Source of the DNA: an uncultured virus (IMG/VR IMGVR_UViG_3300010351_001916)
Taxonomy: Duplodnaviria > Heunggongvirae > Uroviricota > Caudoviricetes
Virus record (IMG/VR): IMGVR_UViG_3300010351_001916
DNA length: 64,000 nucleotides
Reading direction: 5' to 3' (one strand)
A model generated the notes under the pieces. That model searched no databases. It worked only from the letters and a program-made list of their open reading frames with translations, and had not been told where the DNA came from. This document shows positions 33,113 through 45,748 of this stretch, piece by piece. Each line of letters starts with the position of its first letter. Positions within the stretch are counted from its first letter, which is position 1. The position numbers and the translations under genes are program-made.

Positions 33113-33627
33113 CGCGTGCCTCCGGAGGTAAGCTCAATCTTGCTCTCCACGAGCTCCGGAAAGGCTCCGTCAACTCGATTGATTGCATTCGAGAGTTCGA
33201 GTCGCGCCTGTACTGCGTCGGACATCATGCGAGAAGCCCGGTCCGCCAGTTGTTGGTGCGTGCAACGAACCAGGTAAAAGTCGGACTGTTCGATCTTGGC
33301 CAGCTTGGTTTCCATTACTTGGTGCACCGTTTTGCGCAGGTCCGCCAGCGCGCGATCCGTACGGGACGAGCGAAGGAAGCGCATTCCTTCCAAGACCAGC
33401 ATGATCACGGCCGCGGTGATGTTCTGAGACACGCCCCAGGCGTAGTCCGCCCAGTCGTTCTGGAGCACTCCGAGAAGCTTCATACGAGCCGTGACCGTCG
33501 CCAGCAACAGCAGCACGAATATCAGCGTCAGGCTCTTGAAGATGCGCCACACAACGTGCCAAGGCCAAGGTAACGAGCGCAAGCTCGCCATGCTCTTCTT
33601 CAGCTCTTCGATCGCATCAGATGCCAC
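33109..33627 (-). CDS. Two-TM membrane protein with helical tail
   Basis: LTLIFVLLLLATVTA and ITAAVIMLVL hydrophobic segments; start approximate. Confidence 0.6.
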   Translation of the reverse strand: MASDAIEELKKSMASLRSLPWPWHVVWRIFKSLTLIFVLLLLATVTARMKLLGVLQNDWADYAWGVSQNITAAVIMLVLEGMRFLRSSRTDRALADLRKTVHQVMETKLAKIEQSDFYLVRCTHQQLADRASRMMSDAVQARLELSNAINRVDGAFPELVESKIELTSGGTR

Positions 33628-33680
33628 GCCACGAGGGTACCACAGTCCGCAGGGTGACTCGAAACCTCGCTCTTCCGTCC

Positions 33681-33709
33681 GTCCCACGCTTCGCCGTCTG
33701 GTCCTCTGC
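33681..33709 (+). promoter_or_regulatory. Class L motif GTCCC-N18-CTCTGC
   Basis: Upstream of the tail chaperone gene. Confidence 0.7.
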
Positions 33710-33744
33710 CCCCTTCGGATCCCCACGCTCCGAAAGGCGACGGC

Positions 33745-34518
33745 ATGCCCCACATCATCACCTGCCCCACGGGCCTCACCGGCTCGATCCGCGGCCTCAA
33801 GGTTCGCGAAGAGCGCTTCCTCGCTGATCGCAAGCTCGCCAAGAACGGCAGCGTCGTCGACGAGCTGCTCCGCGCGTGCTGGGAGGAGACCCACGACGCC
33901 AGCCCCTACGACTTCGGCGGCAAGACGATCGACTGGGACAAGGTCCTGCAGGGGGACAGGTTCTTCGCGTTGATCGAGATCCGCGCGCTGACCTACGGCT
34001 CCGAGTACGCCTTCTCGGTCACGTGCAGCGAGGCCGGTTGCCGGGCGCGCATCGACTGGGAGCTCGACCTGCACCAGCTCCCGGTCCGTCCGCTCTCCGA
34101 GGCGAGCCGCGCCGCTTTCCTCGACGGCAACCGCTTCGAGGCGAAGCTGCCGGACGCAGGCCGTCGGGTGTGGTTCCGCCTGCTCACCGGCGCCGACGAG
34201 CGCAAGCTGCCCGCCATCAAACGCAACGCTGGCGAGCGCATGCTCTCCGCGATGCTCGCCTTCCGCTGCATCGAGGTCGAGGGCGTCGAGGACAAGGACA
34301 AGCGCCGCTTCCTCGAGGACATCTCGATGCGGGACGCGGACTACCTCCTCGACGAGTTCGACCGCGTGGACTGCGGCGTCGAGACCACGATCGAGGTGGA
34401 GTGCCCCGAGTGCTTCGCGCGGCAACACGTGCAGCTCCCTTTCGACCAGAGCTTCTTCCTTCCGGGCAAGGCCCGGACGGCACGGAGGCGGGACCCGAGT
34501 GGCTCCTCCCCGCAGTAG
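33745..34518 (+). CDS. Tail assembly chaperone (T4 gp26-like)
   Basis: [31 protein letters not shown]; lies between tube and tape measure. Confidence 0.8.
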   Translation: MPHIITCPTGLTGSIRGLKVREERFLADRKLAKNGSVVDELLRACWEETHDASPYDFGGKTIDWDKVLQGDRFFALIEIRALTYGSEYAFSVTCSEAGCRARIDWELDLHQLPVRPLSEASRAAFLDGNRFEAKLPDAGRRVWFRLLTGADERKLPAIKRNAGERMLSAMLAFRCIEVEGVEDKDKRRFLEDISMRDADYLLDEFDRVDCGVETTIEVECPECFARQHVQLPFDQSFFLPGKARTARRRDPSGSSPQ

Positions 34519-34706
34519 ACCCCGATGCCTGGCGCGAGGCGCTGTTCCAGCTTTGCTGGCGGCAGCACGGCGGGTCGGGGCTCGGCATGAGCATGGGCGA
34601 GGCACTCGAGATGACCACGGCCGATCGCGACTGGTTCATCGAGCGCATCGGCGACCAGCGCTCGCGTGAAGCCAGGGAGATCGAACGCGCCGGCAAGAAA
34701 CGGTGA
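34437..34706 (+). CDS. -1 frame extension of the chaperone (G/GT-like) or a small separate gene
   Basis: C CCT TTC heptamer; the -1 frame encodes [10 protein letters not shown]...DRDWFIERI. Confidence 0.5.
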   Translation, partial: PFRPELLPSGQGPDGTEAGPEWLLPAVDPDAWREALFQLCWRQHGGSGLGMSMGEALEMTTADRDWFIERIGDQRSREAREIERAGKKR

Positions 34707-34711
34707 CCAGC

Positions 34712-37393
34712 ATGATGAACAACATGGGCCTCGGATTCATCTTCACCGCGCGAGACCTCGCGTCCTCGAAGATGATGTCGCTCGAGCGCCACTTCATGAG
34801 CTTGGACCGGCGCGTCGGCCTCGGCACCGACAGCATCGCCTCAGCCTTTGGGCAGCTCAGCATCGGGCTCGGGGTGATGACCGCTGGCGCCGCCATGGTT
34901 GGCGGGGCGTTCGCCCTCGCGGACAAGGCCGGCCAGTTCGAGCAGGCGATCGCGGCCGTCGCCGCGGTGTCGGGCGCGACCAGGGAGGAGCTCGCCCTCC
35001 TCAAGGACGCCGCCATCGACGCCGGCATCGCCACCCAGTTCTCCCCGACCGAGGCGACCGTCGGGCTCAAGGAACTCGCGCAGGCAGGCTTCAACGCCCA
35101 GGACTCGATGAAGCTGCTCATCCCCGTGCTGGACCTCGCGGGTGGCTCCCTCGGGGAGCTGAGCCCAGCGCAGGCCGCGGGCTTGGCGTCGCAGGCGCTG
35201 AAGGCGTTCGGGCTGTCGGCGGATTCCGCGACGATGGCGGTCGATCAGATGCTGCAGGCCGTCAACGTGTTCGCCCTGAACGCGTCCGAGCTCCCCATGG
35301 CCCTCGGCATCGCATCCCGCGGCGCGCAGGCGCTGCACCAGTCGATGTCGGAGACGCTCGTCTCCCTCGGCCTGGTCAAGAACATCATCCCCGGGGTCGA
35401 GCGCGCTTCGACCGGGCTCGCGGTTGCAATGGAGCGCATGGCCAGCCACAAGGTCCAGAACGCCCTCAAGGGCCTCGGCGTGTCGGTCACGACCGAGGAA
35501 GGGGGTTTCCGAAGCTTCCTCGACATCATCGGGGACATGGTACCGAAGCTCAACGAGATGACCGACGCGAAGCGGTCCTCGTTCCTCATCGACACGTTCG
35601 GCGCCCACGCGCTCGGCAGCTTGCAGGCGATTCTTACGCAGGTGACCAACGGCATCACCACGAACACCGGCGCGACGGTGAAAGGCGCCGACGCGATCGC
35701 CTACCTCCGCAAGCAGTTCGAGAACGCCGGAGGCACCGCGGCCGCGTTCCGCGACAAGATGCTCGACACCTTCGCTGGGCAAAAGCAGCTGCTGAGCGGC
35801 TCGCTCGAGACGCTGGCGATCGTCGTGGGCGAGCCCTTTGCCAAGGTGTTCAAGCCGATCATCGCGGTGGTCATCGACGCTCTCAACGGGTTCATCCGGT
35901 TCGTCCGCGCGATGCCCGGCCCGGTGACGAAGGGCTTCGCCGCGCTCTTCGTCGGCGCCGGCGCGATTCTCACGGTCGTCGGCGCGGCCATTGCCGCCAA
36001 GGCGGGTATCGCGCTGCTCGTAATTGGCCTCAAGGCTGCGGGAATCACCATCGGCGGGATTGTGGCCGTGATGCTGCCGGCGATCGCTGTGGTCGCTGCG
36101 ATCGGCCTCGCCATTGCGGGGCTCTACGTGGCATTCCAGAAAAACGTGGGAGGCATCGCGGACTTCTCCCAGCGCATGTGGGCGCGCGTGTCGCTCTTCT
36201 TCGACGCCATCAAGCAGCTCGTCGAGCAGGGCGGGTTCTCGGGCGCCGTGCGTGAGGAGCTCAACAAGGCAGAGAACGCGGGGCTGAAGGACTTCCTGAT
36301 CAACCTCTTCCTGTGGGGCAATCGAATCAGCAACTTCTTCTCTGGTATCGCCACGGGGTTCTCGGCTGGCGTGGAGGCAGCCCGTCCCACCATCGACCAG
36401 TTCATGGCCGCACTCGAGCGCCTCGGCATGGCGCTCGGGTTCCTGAGCGAGCGCGACGATGCGGGCGCTGCCAGCGAGAAGTTCAAGGCTTTCGGAACCA
36501 CCGGAGAATCGGTGGGGAGGACCCTGGCGGTCGCGTTCGACCTCTTGGTGCAGGGGATGACGGCGGTGATCCAAATCGCCACCGGTGTTGCCAGCGCATG
36601 GGACATGGTGCGCCCCGCAGCGGAGCTGCTATCGAATGCGGTCACGCAGCTCGGAGCGAAGCTCGCCGAGTCGATCAACGCCCTATCCGGAAACGCGGCG
36701 GCGACGCGCGAGAACGGCGACGCCTGGACCTCGCTCGGCACGGTCATCGGGTTCGCCGTGTCGGTTATCGTCGGGGCGATCGGCCTGGTGGTGGCGGTCA
36801 TCTCCGCCGGGGTGTCCATCGTGAGCGGTGTCGTCGGCGCAGTCATGGCGATCTTCTCCGGGCTGGCCGACGTGGTCACCGGCGTGGTGTTCATCATCGG
36901 GGGCATCTTCAGCGGCTCGTGGAGCGAGATCTGGACGGGGATGAAGCTCATCGCGTTCGGCGTGATCGACGCGGTCATCGGCGCCGTGCTCGAGCTTGCT
37001 GGCGCAATCGGCGGCGTGATCGATTCGATTGCCGGTCTGTTCGGCGCGTCGACCGGGATCCAGTCCGCGGTGCGGGACTTCAAGGGCTTCACCCACCGCG
37101 AGATGGCCACGGACTTCGGGGTCGAGTCGCTCACCTTCACCCCCACGAAGCCGAGCGCCGCCCGGCCAACCCCGGCGTCGGCGACGCCCGCGACCACGCC
37201 GATGCCCGCGGTTGCCTCGCTCCCCCTATCGACGCAGCCGAACCCGTTCGCGCTGCCTGTGACCCAGAACGTCCCGCCGCCTCAGCCCGTCATCGTGAAC
37301 GTGCAGATCGATGGGCAGACCGTGGCGCGCGCGGTCCACAAGGCGGGCTCGGACACGGCTTCGCGAAGCTTCTCGCCGGTGCCGGCCTACTGA
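34712..37393 (+). CDS. Tape measure protein
   Basis: [18 protein letters not shown], Ala/Gly-rich helices, [11 protein letters not shown]. Confidence 0.92.
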   Translation: MMNNMGLGFIFTARDLASSKMMSLERHFMSLDRRVGLGTDSIASAFGQLSIGLGVMTAGAAMVGGAFALADKAGQFEQAIAAVAAVSGATREELALLKDAAIDAGIATQFSPTEATVGLKELAQAGFNAQDSMKLLIPVLDLAGGSLGELSPAQAAGLASQALKAFGLSADSATMAVDQMLQAVNVFALNASELPMALGIASRGAQALHQSMSETLVSLGLVKNIIPGVERASTGLAVAMERMASHKVQNALKGLGVSVTTEEGGFRSFLDIIGDMVPKLNEMTDAKRSSFLIDTFGAHALGSLQAILTQVTNGITTNTGATVKGADAIAYLRKQFENAGGTAAAFRDKMLDTFAGQKQLLSGSLETLAIVVGEPFAKVFKPIIAVVIDALNGFIRFVRAMPGPVTKGFAALFVGAGAILTVVGAAIAAKAGIALLVIGLKAAGITIGGIVAVMLPAIAVVAAIGLAIAGLYVAFQKNVGGIADFSQRMWARVSLFFDAIKQLVEQGGFSGAVREELNKAENAGLKDFLINLFLWGNRISNFFSGIATGFSAGVEAARPTIDQFMAALERLGMALGFLSERDDAGAASEKFKAFGTTGESVGRTLAVAFDLLVQGMTAVIQIATGVASAWDMVRPAAELLSNAVTQLGAKLAESINALSGNAAATRENGDAWTSLGTVIGFAVSVIVGAIGLVVAVISAGVSIVSGVVGAVMAIFSGLADVVTGVVFIIGGIFSGSWSEIWTGMKLIAFGVIDAVIGAVLELAGAIGGVIDSIAGLFGASTGIQSAVRDFKGFTHREMATDFGVESLTFTPTKPSAARPTPASATPATTPMPAVASLPLSTQPNPFALPVTQNVPPPQPVIVNVQIDGQTVARAVHKAGSDTASRSFSPVPAY

Positions 37394-37400
37394 GGACGCG

Positions 37401-37910
37401 ATGGGAATCGAATACGCAGGAACGCGCCCTTCCCGTTGCTCGCTTGTGAACGTCGAGACGGCCGAGAGCATCGACTGCCTGTTCAACCCGACGCAGCTCT
37501 CGGAGAAGGTCCAGATCAACTGGAGCCGCGTCACGGTGCCCGGGCTGTCGCACCAGCTCCTGCAGTTCCAATCGACCGGGAACAGGCAGCTCTCTGGCGT
37601 GGAATTCTACCTGGACCGCTTCTTCTCTTCAGAGCAGATCGCCACGCCCGACATCCTCGAATTCCGCGGGTTCCTCCGCGCGCTCACTGTGCCGCCCAAG
37701 GGCACAGAGGGCGTGCCCGCCACGGCCCCGCCGCGAACGCTGTTCATCTGGCCGAACGTGCTGACCATCGAGACGGTGCTGACCGACCTCGAATTCCAGT
37801 ACAAGCAATTCGCGGCCGACGGGAAGGTGCAGGTCTACACGGCAACCGTCACGTTCGAGGAGATACTCGATGCGCGGGTGACGTCCGAAGAACGGAGGCA
37901 AGAGGTCTGA
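37401..37910 (+). CDS. Tube-initiator / CIS tube-like protein
   Basis: [29 protein letters not shown]. Confidence 0.75.
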   Translation: MGIEYAGTRPSRCSLVNVETAESIDCLFNPTQLSEKVQINWSRVTVPGLSHQLLQFQSTGNRQLSGVEFYLDRFFSSEQIATPDILEFRGFLRALTVPPKGTEGVPATAPPRTLFIWPNVLTIETVLTDLEFQYKQFAADGKVQVYTATVTFEEILDARVTSEERRQEV

Positions 37911-38251
37911 TGCCCCCGCAATCCGGCTCGCGTCACGGCTTCTGCCTGGGTGTGCTCGACGAGGACGGGCGAAGGTTCCTCACCGAACGCGAGCCCTTCC
38001 GGTACCGCGTGTTCGCCGACAACCGCATCCACCGCGTCGTCGGCGGCGAGACGCTGTTCGACCTGGCCGGTCGCTACTTCGCGCCGCTACCGCGGGCGTG
38101 CGGCTTCTGGTGGGCGATCGCCGACTTCCAGCCGGACCCGATCCTCGACCCTACGCTCGCGCTCGAGGAGGGGTCGACGGTGGTCATCCCGTCGACACGG
38201 GTTCTGACGGACGTGGTCCTGGCGGAGGCGAGGAGGAGGGAAGCGGGATAG
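37910..38251 (+). CDS. LysM-like baseplate wedge protein
   Basis: [17 protein letters not shown]...WWAIADF. Confidence 0.75.
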   Translation: MPPQSGSRHGFCLGVLDEDGRRFLTEREPFRYRVFADNRIHRVVGGETLFDLAGRYFAPLPRACGFWWAIADFQPDPILDPTLALEEGSTVVIPSTRVLTDVVLAEARRREAG

Positions 38252-38257
38252 CACCTT

Positions 38258-38286
38258 GTCCCGGCCGGCGCGTGGGAAGGCTCTGC
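38258..38286 (+). promoter_or_regulatory. Class L motif GTCCC-N18-CTCTGC
   Basis: Intergenic, upstream of the hub gene. Confidence 0.7.
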
Positions 38287-38305
38287 TCTTCGGCGAGTCT
38301 CATCC

Positions 38306-39586
38306 ATGTTCTCCAATCGCTCCTCCCCTGGCGTCCGCCTCACGCTCTTCAAGGACGAGAAAGCCACCACCGGCGAGCCCCTCGACTTGGGCGGGCGCCT
38401 GCTCTCGATGACCTTCGAGGACTGCGACAACAAGGCCGACAAGCTGTCCCTGCAGCTCGACAACTTCGACCTCGCCCTGTTCGACCGCGACGAGCTCATG
38501 GGCGGCGCCATCGTCGAGGTGTCGTGGGGCTACCCAGGCAACATGTCTCCGCCGCGGCGCGCGGTCATCAAGTCGATGAAGGGCTTCCAGCAGCTCACGC
38601 TCGAGGGCCAGGCGCTCTCGACGCTGATGAACCAGCAAGCCAAGACCCGGCGATGGGAGGGCAAGACCCGCTCCGAGGTCGTCCGCGAGGTCGCCAAGGA
38701 CGCTGGGTACGAGGGGGCGTTCGTGGACATCGAGGACACTCCCGACGCGATCGACGTGATCAACCAGGCCGCCGAGACCGACGCGCGATTCCTCACCCGC
38801 CTCGCGGCCAAAGAGGGCTTCCAGTTTTTCGTGGACGGCACCGGGCTGCACTTCCACCCGCGACGCCAGGATTCGGCTCCCACCCACGTGTTCACGTGGT
38901 ACGCGGACCCCGAGCAGGGCGATGTGATTTCCGTCAACACGGACTCCGACCTTGCGAAGCGTGCTGGCAACGTGACCGTGAAGGGGCGCGACCCGAAGGC
39001 GAAGACCACGCACGAGGTGTCGTCGAACGCCGACACGGCCAGGAGGTCGACGCTCGCCGACACAATCGAGGTGGTCAACCCGGCCAGCGGGACCACGTCG
39101 GTGCTGAAGAGAAACGCGACGGCGAACGTCGCGCCTTCGACCGCCACCACGAAGACCGCCGCCCAGCGAGAAGCCGACGCCCGCTTCGTGAAGGCCGAAC
39201 GCGAGACCATCAAGCTCACGATGCAGGTGGTCGGCGACCCGACGATCGCCGCGAAGACCGTGGTCGAGGTCCGAGGCATCTCGCCGCTGCTCTCGGGGAA
39301 GTACTACGTCACCGAGGCCAAGCACTCCGTGTCGTCGTCGGGCTACACGGTAGACCTCAAGCTCAAGCGCGACGGCAAGGGAAAGCCCGGTCAGGGTGGG
39401 GGTGCGGGCTCGCAGCGCACCAAGCCGCAGACCGGCGACCACAACGCGTCGGCGCCCAAGGTGCCTGGCAAACGCCAGCCCGTCGAACGGGTCAACGCGG
39501 AGACCGGGGAGACCTACGTCGAATACCGCGACGACAGCGGCCGCTCGAACGACCCCGAGGCAAGGCCACACGGTGGAGGGCGATAA
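38306..39586 (+). CDS. Baseplate hub (late control gpD-like)
   Basis: [32 protein letters not shown]. Confidence 0.85.
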   Translation: MFSNRSSPGVRLTLFKDEKATTGEPLDLGGRLLSMTFEDCDNKADKLSLQLDNFDLALFDRDELMGGAIVEVSWGYPGNMSPPRRAVIKSMKGFQQLTLEGQALSTLMNQQAKTRRWEGKTRSEVVREVAKDAGYEGAFVDIEDTPDAIDVINQAAETDARFLTRLAAKEGFQFFVDGTGLHFHPRRQDSAPTHVFTWYADPEQGDVISVNTDSDLAKRAGNVTVKGRDPKAKTTHEVSSNADTARRSTLADTIEVVNPASGTTSVLKRNATANVAPSTATTKTAAQREADARFVKAERETIKLTMQVVGDPTIAAKTVVEVRGISPLLSGKYYVTEAKHSVSSSGYTVDLKLKRDGKGKPGQGGGAGSQRTKPQTGDHNASAPKVPGKRQPVERVNAETGETYVEYRDDSGRSNDPEARPHGGGR

Positions 39587-39588
39587 TC

Positions 39589-40170
39589 GTGTATCCGCAA
39601 TTCGATGACGACCTCGGGCAGAACGACACGCGGCTGCTCGGCATGTACGTGGGATACGTGGTCGACCGGAAAGACCCCGAGCAACTCGGCCGCGTCCGCG
39701 TGTGCGTTCCCGGGCTGATCGAGCCCGGAAGCGGCTGGGCCTGGCCGCTCGGCACCGTCGGGGGAGGCTCGAAGAATCGAGGGTTCTTTGCCGTGCCCGA
39801 GGAGAACGCCGAGGTCGCGCTGTTCTTCAATCAGGGGGACATCGACCAGCCCTACTACCTCGCAGCGCACTGGGGGAAGCCCGACGGGCAATCCGAAGTG
39901 CCGGAAGAGGCGCAGAAGGAGCCGCCCGACAATCGGGTCTTGGCGACCGAGACCTTCCGCATCGAGCTCGACGAAACCAAGGGCGCGCGGAAGCTCAAAC
40001 TGACCAACAAGAAGACTGGCGACTACCTCGAGTTCAACGCCGAGGCGAACACGGTCACGCTGCAGGCGACGACCTCGCTCACCATCCGCGCCGTCGGCGG
40101 CATCACGCTCGAGGCCACGCAGGTGAACATCGCGGGCCGGGTGGTTCGCCCCGTGGCGGAGGCTATCTGA
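39589..40170 (+). CDS. Baseplate spike (gpV-like)
   Basis: [31 protein letters not shown]. Confidence 0.88.
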   Translation: MYPQFDDDLGQNDTRLLGMYVGYVVDRKDPEQLGRVRVCVPGLIEPGSGWAWPLGTVGGGSKNRGFFAVPEENAEVALFFNQGDIDQPYYLAAHWGKPDGQSEVPEEAQKEPPDNRVLATETFRIELDETKGARKLKLTNKKTGDYLEFNAEANTVTLQATTSLTIRAVGGITLEATQVNIAGRVVRPVAEAI

Positions 40171-40850
40171 TGGCGTTCGACATTTGCTTGGAATTGCCCG
40201 AATTCCCAGACCCATTCGACTTCGTGATGCCCGGTCCGATCGAAATCTCGGACGTCAATCTGATGAAGATAATTCAGCCGGTATTGACGCCCTTGGTGCC
40301 GTTTTTCGACATGATCGACATGATCGTCGCCATCTATAATTGCGTAAAGGCAATCCCAGACGCCCTCGGCCCGCCACCCGACCCGAGCATTCTCACGGCG
40401 TGTCTTCCCGATCTCGCTGAGAAGCTCAACAAGCTGCTCAACATGCTGCCGTGGGTGGTCCTGCCGCGGATGGTGCGACGGCTCCTCACTCTCGCCATCG
40501 AGACGCTTCGCACCGTGCGCAGCCAGCTCATGCACCTGCAGGCGCAGATGCTCCAGATCCTGGGCGCAATCGATCGCGCGAAGAACCTCGCCGACGCCGG
40601 CCTGATGGCGATCTGCCAGTGCGCCCAGGCAAACGTCGCGACCGAGGCGGCGAACGTCGGCAAGGCCCTCGCCGCACTCGGCAAGCTTCTCGGCATCATC
40701 AACATCTTCATGGGCCTGATCGGCGGCCCGCAGGTACCGGACCTCAAGGACCTAGCCGGCCGCCCGCTCGACGACGCCATCCCGCCCTTCGACGCGCTCA
40801 TCAAGGCGCTCGAGGCGGCGCGCACGGCCGTGCCGGGACCCATGAAATGA
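40170..40850 (+). CDS. Hypothetical helical baseplate-region protein
   Basis: Coupled to neighbours on both sides. Confidence 0.65.
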   Translation: MAFDICLELPEFPDPFDFVMPGPIEISDVNLMKIIQPVLTPLVPFFDMIDMIVAIYNCVKAIPDALGPPPDPSILTACLPDLAEKLNKLLNMLPWVVLPRMVRRLLTLAIETLRTVRSQLMHLQAQMLQILGAIDRAKNLADAGLMAICQCAQANVATEAANVGKALAALGKLLGIINIFMGLIGGPQVPDLKDLAGRPLDDAIPPFDALIKALEAARTAVPGPMK

Positions 40851-41224
40851 CCGGCCTTCTCACCCCGTTCAGGCGTGACAGGAAGCGCGACTTCGCGTCC
40901 GGTGACGGGGAGGAGTTGCTCGCGTCCAAGGTCGAGCAGCTGCTCGCCACAGAGGGCGCCACAGCTCGATCATCGGGCGAGCTCCCATGGAGAACCGCGT
41001 TCGGCACGCCGCTTCAACTCCTGCGACACAAGAACAACGACGCTATCCTGGCCGAGCTTGCTCGCGTGTACGTTCGGGATGCACTGCGGAAGTGGTTGCC
41101 GGAAGCACAGATTCTCGAGCTGGGCGTCGCACGGGATGGGGCCACGGTGACCATTCGCCTGAGATACCGGGCAACGGCGGCTTCCTCGGGGACAAGGTCG
41201 CTCTCGATTCCGATTGCCCAATAG
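40847..41224 (+). CDS. Baseplate gp25/gpW-like protein
   Basis: GELPWRTAFGT, ALRKWLPE. Confidence 0.8.
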   Translation: MTGLLTPFRRDRKRDFASGDGEELLASKVEQLLATEGATARSSGELPWRTAFGTPLQLLRHKNNDAILAELARVYVRDALRKWLPEAQILELGVARDGATVTIRLRYRATAASSGTRSLSIPIAQ

Positions 41225-41227
41225 GCT

Positions 41228-41256
41228 GTCCCGGACCCGGCGTCAGCGTCCTCTGC
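41228..41256 (+). promoter_or_regulatory. Class L motif GTCCC-N18-CTCTGC
   Basis: Intergenic, upstream of baseplate J. Confidence 0.7.
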
Positions 41257-41275
41257 CTCCCCGGAGGTTCCTGCC

Positions 41276-42786
<1,511 letters not shown>

Positions 42787-42787
<1 letters not shown>

Positions 42788-43311
42788 TGCTCCTCAATCC
42801 CGTTTTCCATGAACCCGGTGCGCTGCCTGGCGAAGCCGCGAATTGGACCCTTCGTACGCTGTGTCATGCGCAGCGCATCGCGGGATTCGGTCCCGTCCCG
42901 GAGAGCGCTCAGGAGGACTTCGAGCGATGGTTCGAGCTGCGCACGAGCTTCGGGCAAGCCGATATCGCGATCGCGATGTTCGACTCGCTCGCCGAAGGAT
43001 TCGAGGACTTCGAGGAGGGTTGGAACGACGGCCCGCTGCTGGTGGAGCTGACCGGCGGCAACGCCGACCCGGCTCTCTTCGCCGGCAACGACTTCGACGA
43101 TATGGAGACCGGCTGGGTGTCGTCGCCGTTCGTGAGCTCGTGGGACGACGTCACCGACGACGCGGCCGAGTTCGACGGCCAGCCGGTCGAAGGATTCGAG
43201 GCCTGGATGCCGCCGTTCTCCGCAACGTGGGAGGGCGCCGGGTTCGACGGCTGGACCGTCAACGTCGAGCGCTTCGAGGGCGCGTGGACACCGATGCAGC
43301 ACACACCGTGA
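42787..43311 (+). CDS. Acidic hypothetical protein with E-x-F-E-x(1-2)-W repeats
   Basis: EDFERW, EDFEEGW, EGFEAW, ERFEGAW. Confidence 0.6.
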
Positions 43312-43321
43312 CGGAGGACCA

Positions 43322-44020
43322 ATGGGCAGCGCGGACTGGACGTTCCTGAACGATGGACTCGATATCGCCTCAGTCGACCGCGGTGTGACCGCCGGCATTG
43401 CCCGTCCGCCCGGGGGAGGGGCATTCCTGTACGGATTCAACTCCCTCGTAGCGGCCAAGGGCGCAGTCGCGCTGTTCGTAAATCTGCAGCACTTCGCGCC
43501 GATGGCAAAGGGCGCGACCATTCGTGGCTGCATCCAGCGCGGGCCAGGCGGCGGCCCCACGGGGTTCTCGCCGTTCCTGTTCGTCTGCGGCCAGGGCACC
43601 TCGGTCAACGACAACGCCTACCTGCTCGGCCTGTCCGACGATGACCCGCACCGCATCGTCCTGCGCAAGGGCAGCATCGTCGCGGGTGTGCCCGAATCCG
43701 ATGGACCGGGCGTACTGCTCCGCTCGAGCGAGAGCTTCACGCAGGGAACGTGGCTTCATCTGCGGCTCGATGCCGTCGTCAATCCGAACGGCGATGTGGT
43801 GCTCACCGTGATGCGCAACGACCTCGACGCCAATCCCCTCGTCGTACCTCCCCAATGGCAGCCCGTCGCGGGCATGCCGGTGTTCATCGACGACCAACTC
43901 GGCATCAACAGCGGCTCGCAACCCCTCACGTCGGGCCGCGGCGGATTCGGCTTCGCGGTCGCCGATGTCACGCGCCGCGGGTTCTTCGACCACCTTCAGA
44001 TCTACCGTCAATTCCAGTAG
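43322..44020 (+). CDS. Hypothetical beta-rich tail protein
   Basis: GGAGG upstream; position in the baseplate operon. Confidence 0.6.
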   Translation: MGSADWTFLNDGLDIASVDRGVTAGIARPPGGGAFLYGFNSLVAAKGAVALFVNLQHFAPMAKGATIRGCIQRGPGGGPTGFSPFLFVCGQGTSVNDNAYLLGLSDDDPHRIVLRKGSIVAGVPESDGPGVLLRSSESFTQGTWLHLRLDAVVNPNGDVVLTVMRNDLDANPLVVPPQWQPVAGMPVFIDDQLGINSGSQPLTSGRGGFGFAVADVTRRGFFDHLQIYRQFQ

Positions 44021-44029
44021 GCCGATTCG

Positions 44030-44413
44030 ATGTCCGAGCTCGACGCCTTCCGCACGAACCTCGGCGTGTCGCAAGGGCGCGTGGAAGTCGCTCCCGGCGA
44101 GCTGCGCTTCGTGCTCGGAGACCTCGAGCCCGGGCGTCTATTCGACCTCGCGACGGGCGACTTCGCCGAGGTCGTGCAGACGACCGACCTCACGGGCGTT
44201 ACCCTCGTCCGCGCTCGGCTCACGCTCCGGGTGCCGCCGGGGCTCCCAGCTGGAGGAGCATGGGAAGCATCGGTCGTGGTCGATGGCGTCAAGCTCGCGC
44301 GCACTACGTGTGAGTCGGGCCGCACGCGAACCATCACGGATTTGGCCGCGAACGTGTCGAAGCTGACCGGCGCGCACGAAGTCGGCGTGCGCCTGGAGCT
44401 GGTGAGCGTGTGA
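44030..44413 (+). CDS. Hypothetical beta-rich tail protein
   Basis: Coupled to the next gene. Confidence 0.6.
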   Translation: MSELDAFRTNLGVSQGRVEVAPGELRFVLGDLEPGRLFDLATGDFAEVVQTTDLTGVTLVRARLTLRVPPGLPAGGAWEASVVVDGVKLARTTCESGRTRTITDLAANVSKLTGAHEVGVRLELVSV

Positions 44414-45738
44414 TGGCCGAGCTCGAGCTGCCCGCGCTTGTTGTGGAGTCCGTCGCGGCGACGGTGGAGACGGCTCGCCCGCTGCTCATCAATCGCTCGC
44501 CCGGGCCCGACGAGACGGACGTGCCCATCAACTCGACGATCGCCCTCGAGCTCGCGGACTCGGGCCCGGCCGGCATCGACCCGACGGCGACCCGTGTGTG
44601 GATCGACGGAGTGCTCGCGTTCGACGGCACTCCCACCCCTGCGTTCGCTGGCACCCGCGCCGCGATCGAGCAGACCCCGGACGCCCTTCGCCTGGTGCTG
44701 GACCCCGTCGTCCCCTTCGCAAGCCTCGCGACCGTGACCGTTCGCGTCGTGTCGAACCTCGTCGGCGGAGGCTTCCCGCTGGACCAGGCGTACTCGTTCC
44801 ATGTTGAGGACCGTACCGCCCCCAAGCTCCTCGCGGCGATCGCGATCTCGCAGACCGTCGTGCGCCTCGGTTTCGACGAGCCGGTCGTCGTCTCCGACAC
44901 CGCGGGCTTCTCCTTCGCGGCGCTTGGTGCGCCAGCCGTTCCTGTGGCGCCCGAATCGGCCGCTGCGATCGAGTCGCTCGTGGACGTGGCGCTCTCGACC
45001 GAGATGACGCCCGACGTCACCTACCGCGTGGTCGCCACCGGAGTGCGGGACCGCAAGGGAAACCCGGTGCTCGCGCCCTTCGACACCGCCGTGTTCCAGG
45101 GCTTTCGTCCGGCCCGCCCCCCGCGCCGGCGCTTCGACCTGTTGTCGATGCTGCCGAAGCACAATCGCCGCAGCGACACCACGGGCGATCTCGCGAGGTT
45201 CATCGGCTGCCTCCAGGAGGTCGTCGACCTGCTCCTCGCCGAAGTCGATCGCTTCCCGGACCTCTGGGACATCGAGCGCGCGCCATCACCGTTCCTCGAC
45301 CTGATCCTCCGCGACCTCGGCAACCCATTCCCCTTCGACCTCGACGAGCTGGGCAAGCGGAGGCTCGCCGCCGTGCTCGTCGAGGTGTACCGGCAGAAGG
45401 GGACGGCCATCGGCATCCGCAATGCGGTGCGATTCTTCCTGCGCCTCGAGATCGAGGCGATCACCGGCCTCGCCGCCACCGCCCTGGTGCTGGGCGTGTC
45501 CGAGCTGGGCATCGACTGGGAGCTCGGCCCCTCCGACCGCTTCGCGCGCTACGCGTTCGACGTGAAGGTGGGGCGCGTGCTCACCCCGACGGAGCGCAAG
45601 CATCTCCGCGCGATCGTGAACTACATGAAGCCGGCCCACACGCACTTCGTGAACCTTCTCGAGCCCGTCGCTCCGATCGTGCCGGATCATTGGGAGCTTG
45701 GGGTGAGCGAGATCGGACCCGAGACACAACTTCACTGA
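44413..45738 (+). CDS. Ig-like domains plus P2 gpI-like baseplate protein
   Basis: [19 protein letters not shown]. Confidence 0.8.
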   Translation: MAELELPALVVESVAATVETARPLLINRSPGPDETDVPINSTIALELADSGPAGIDPTATRVWIDGVLAFDGTPTPAFAGTRAAIEQTPDALRLVLDPVVPFASLATVTVRVVSNLVGGGFPLDQAYSFHVEDRTAPKLLAAIAISQTVVRLGFDEPVVVSDTAGFSFAALGAPAVPVAPESAAAIESLVDVALSTEMTPDVTYRVVATGVRDRKGNPVLAPFDTAVFQGFRPARPPRRRFDLLSMLPKHNRRSDTTGDLARFIGCLQEVVDLLLAEVDRFPDLWDIERAPSPFLDLILRDLGNPFPFDLDELGKRRLAAVLVEVYRQKGTAIGIRNAVRFFLRLEIEAITGLAATALVLGVSELGIDWELGPSDRFARYAFDVKVGRVLTPTERKHLRAIVNYMKPAHTHFVNLLEPVAPIVPDHWELGVSEIGPETQLH

Positions 45739-45748
45739 ATCGGGTCGG

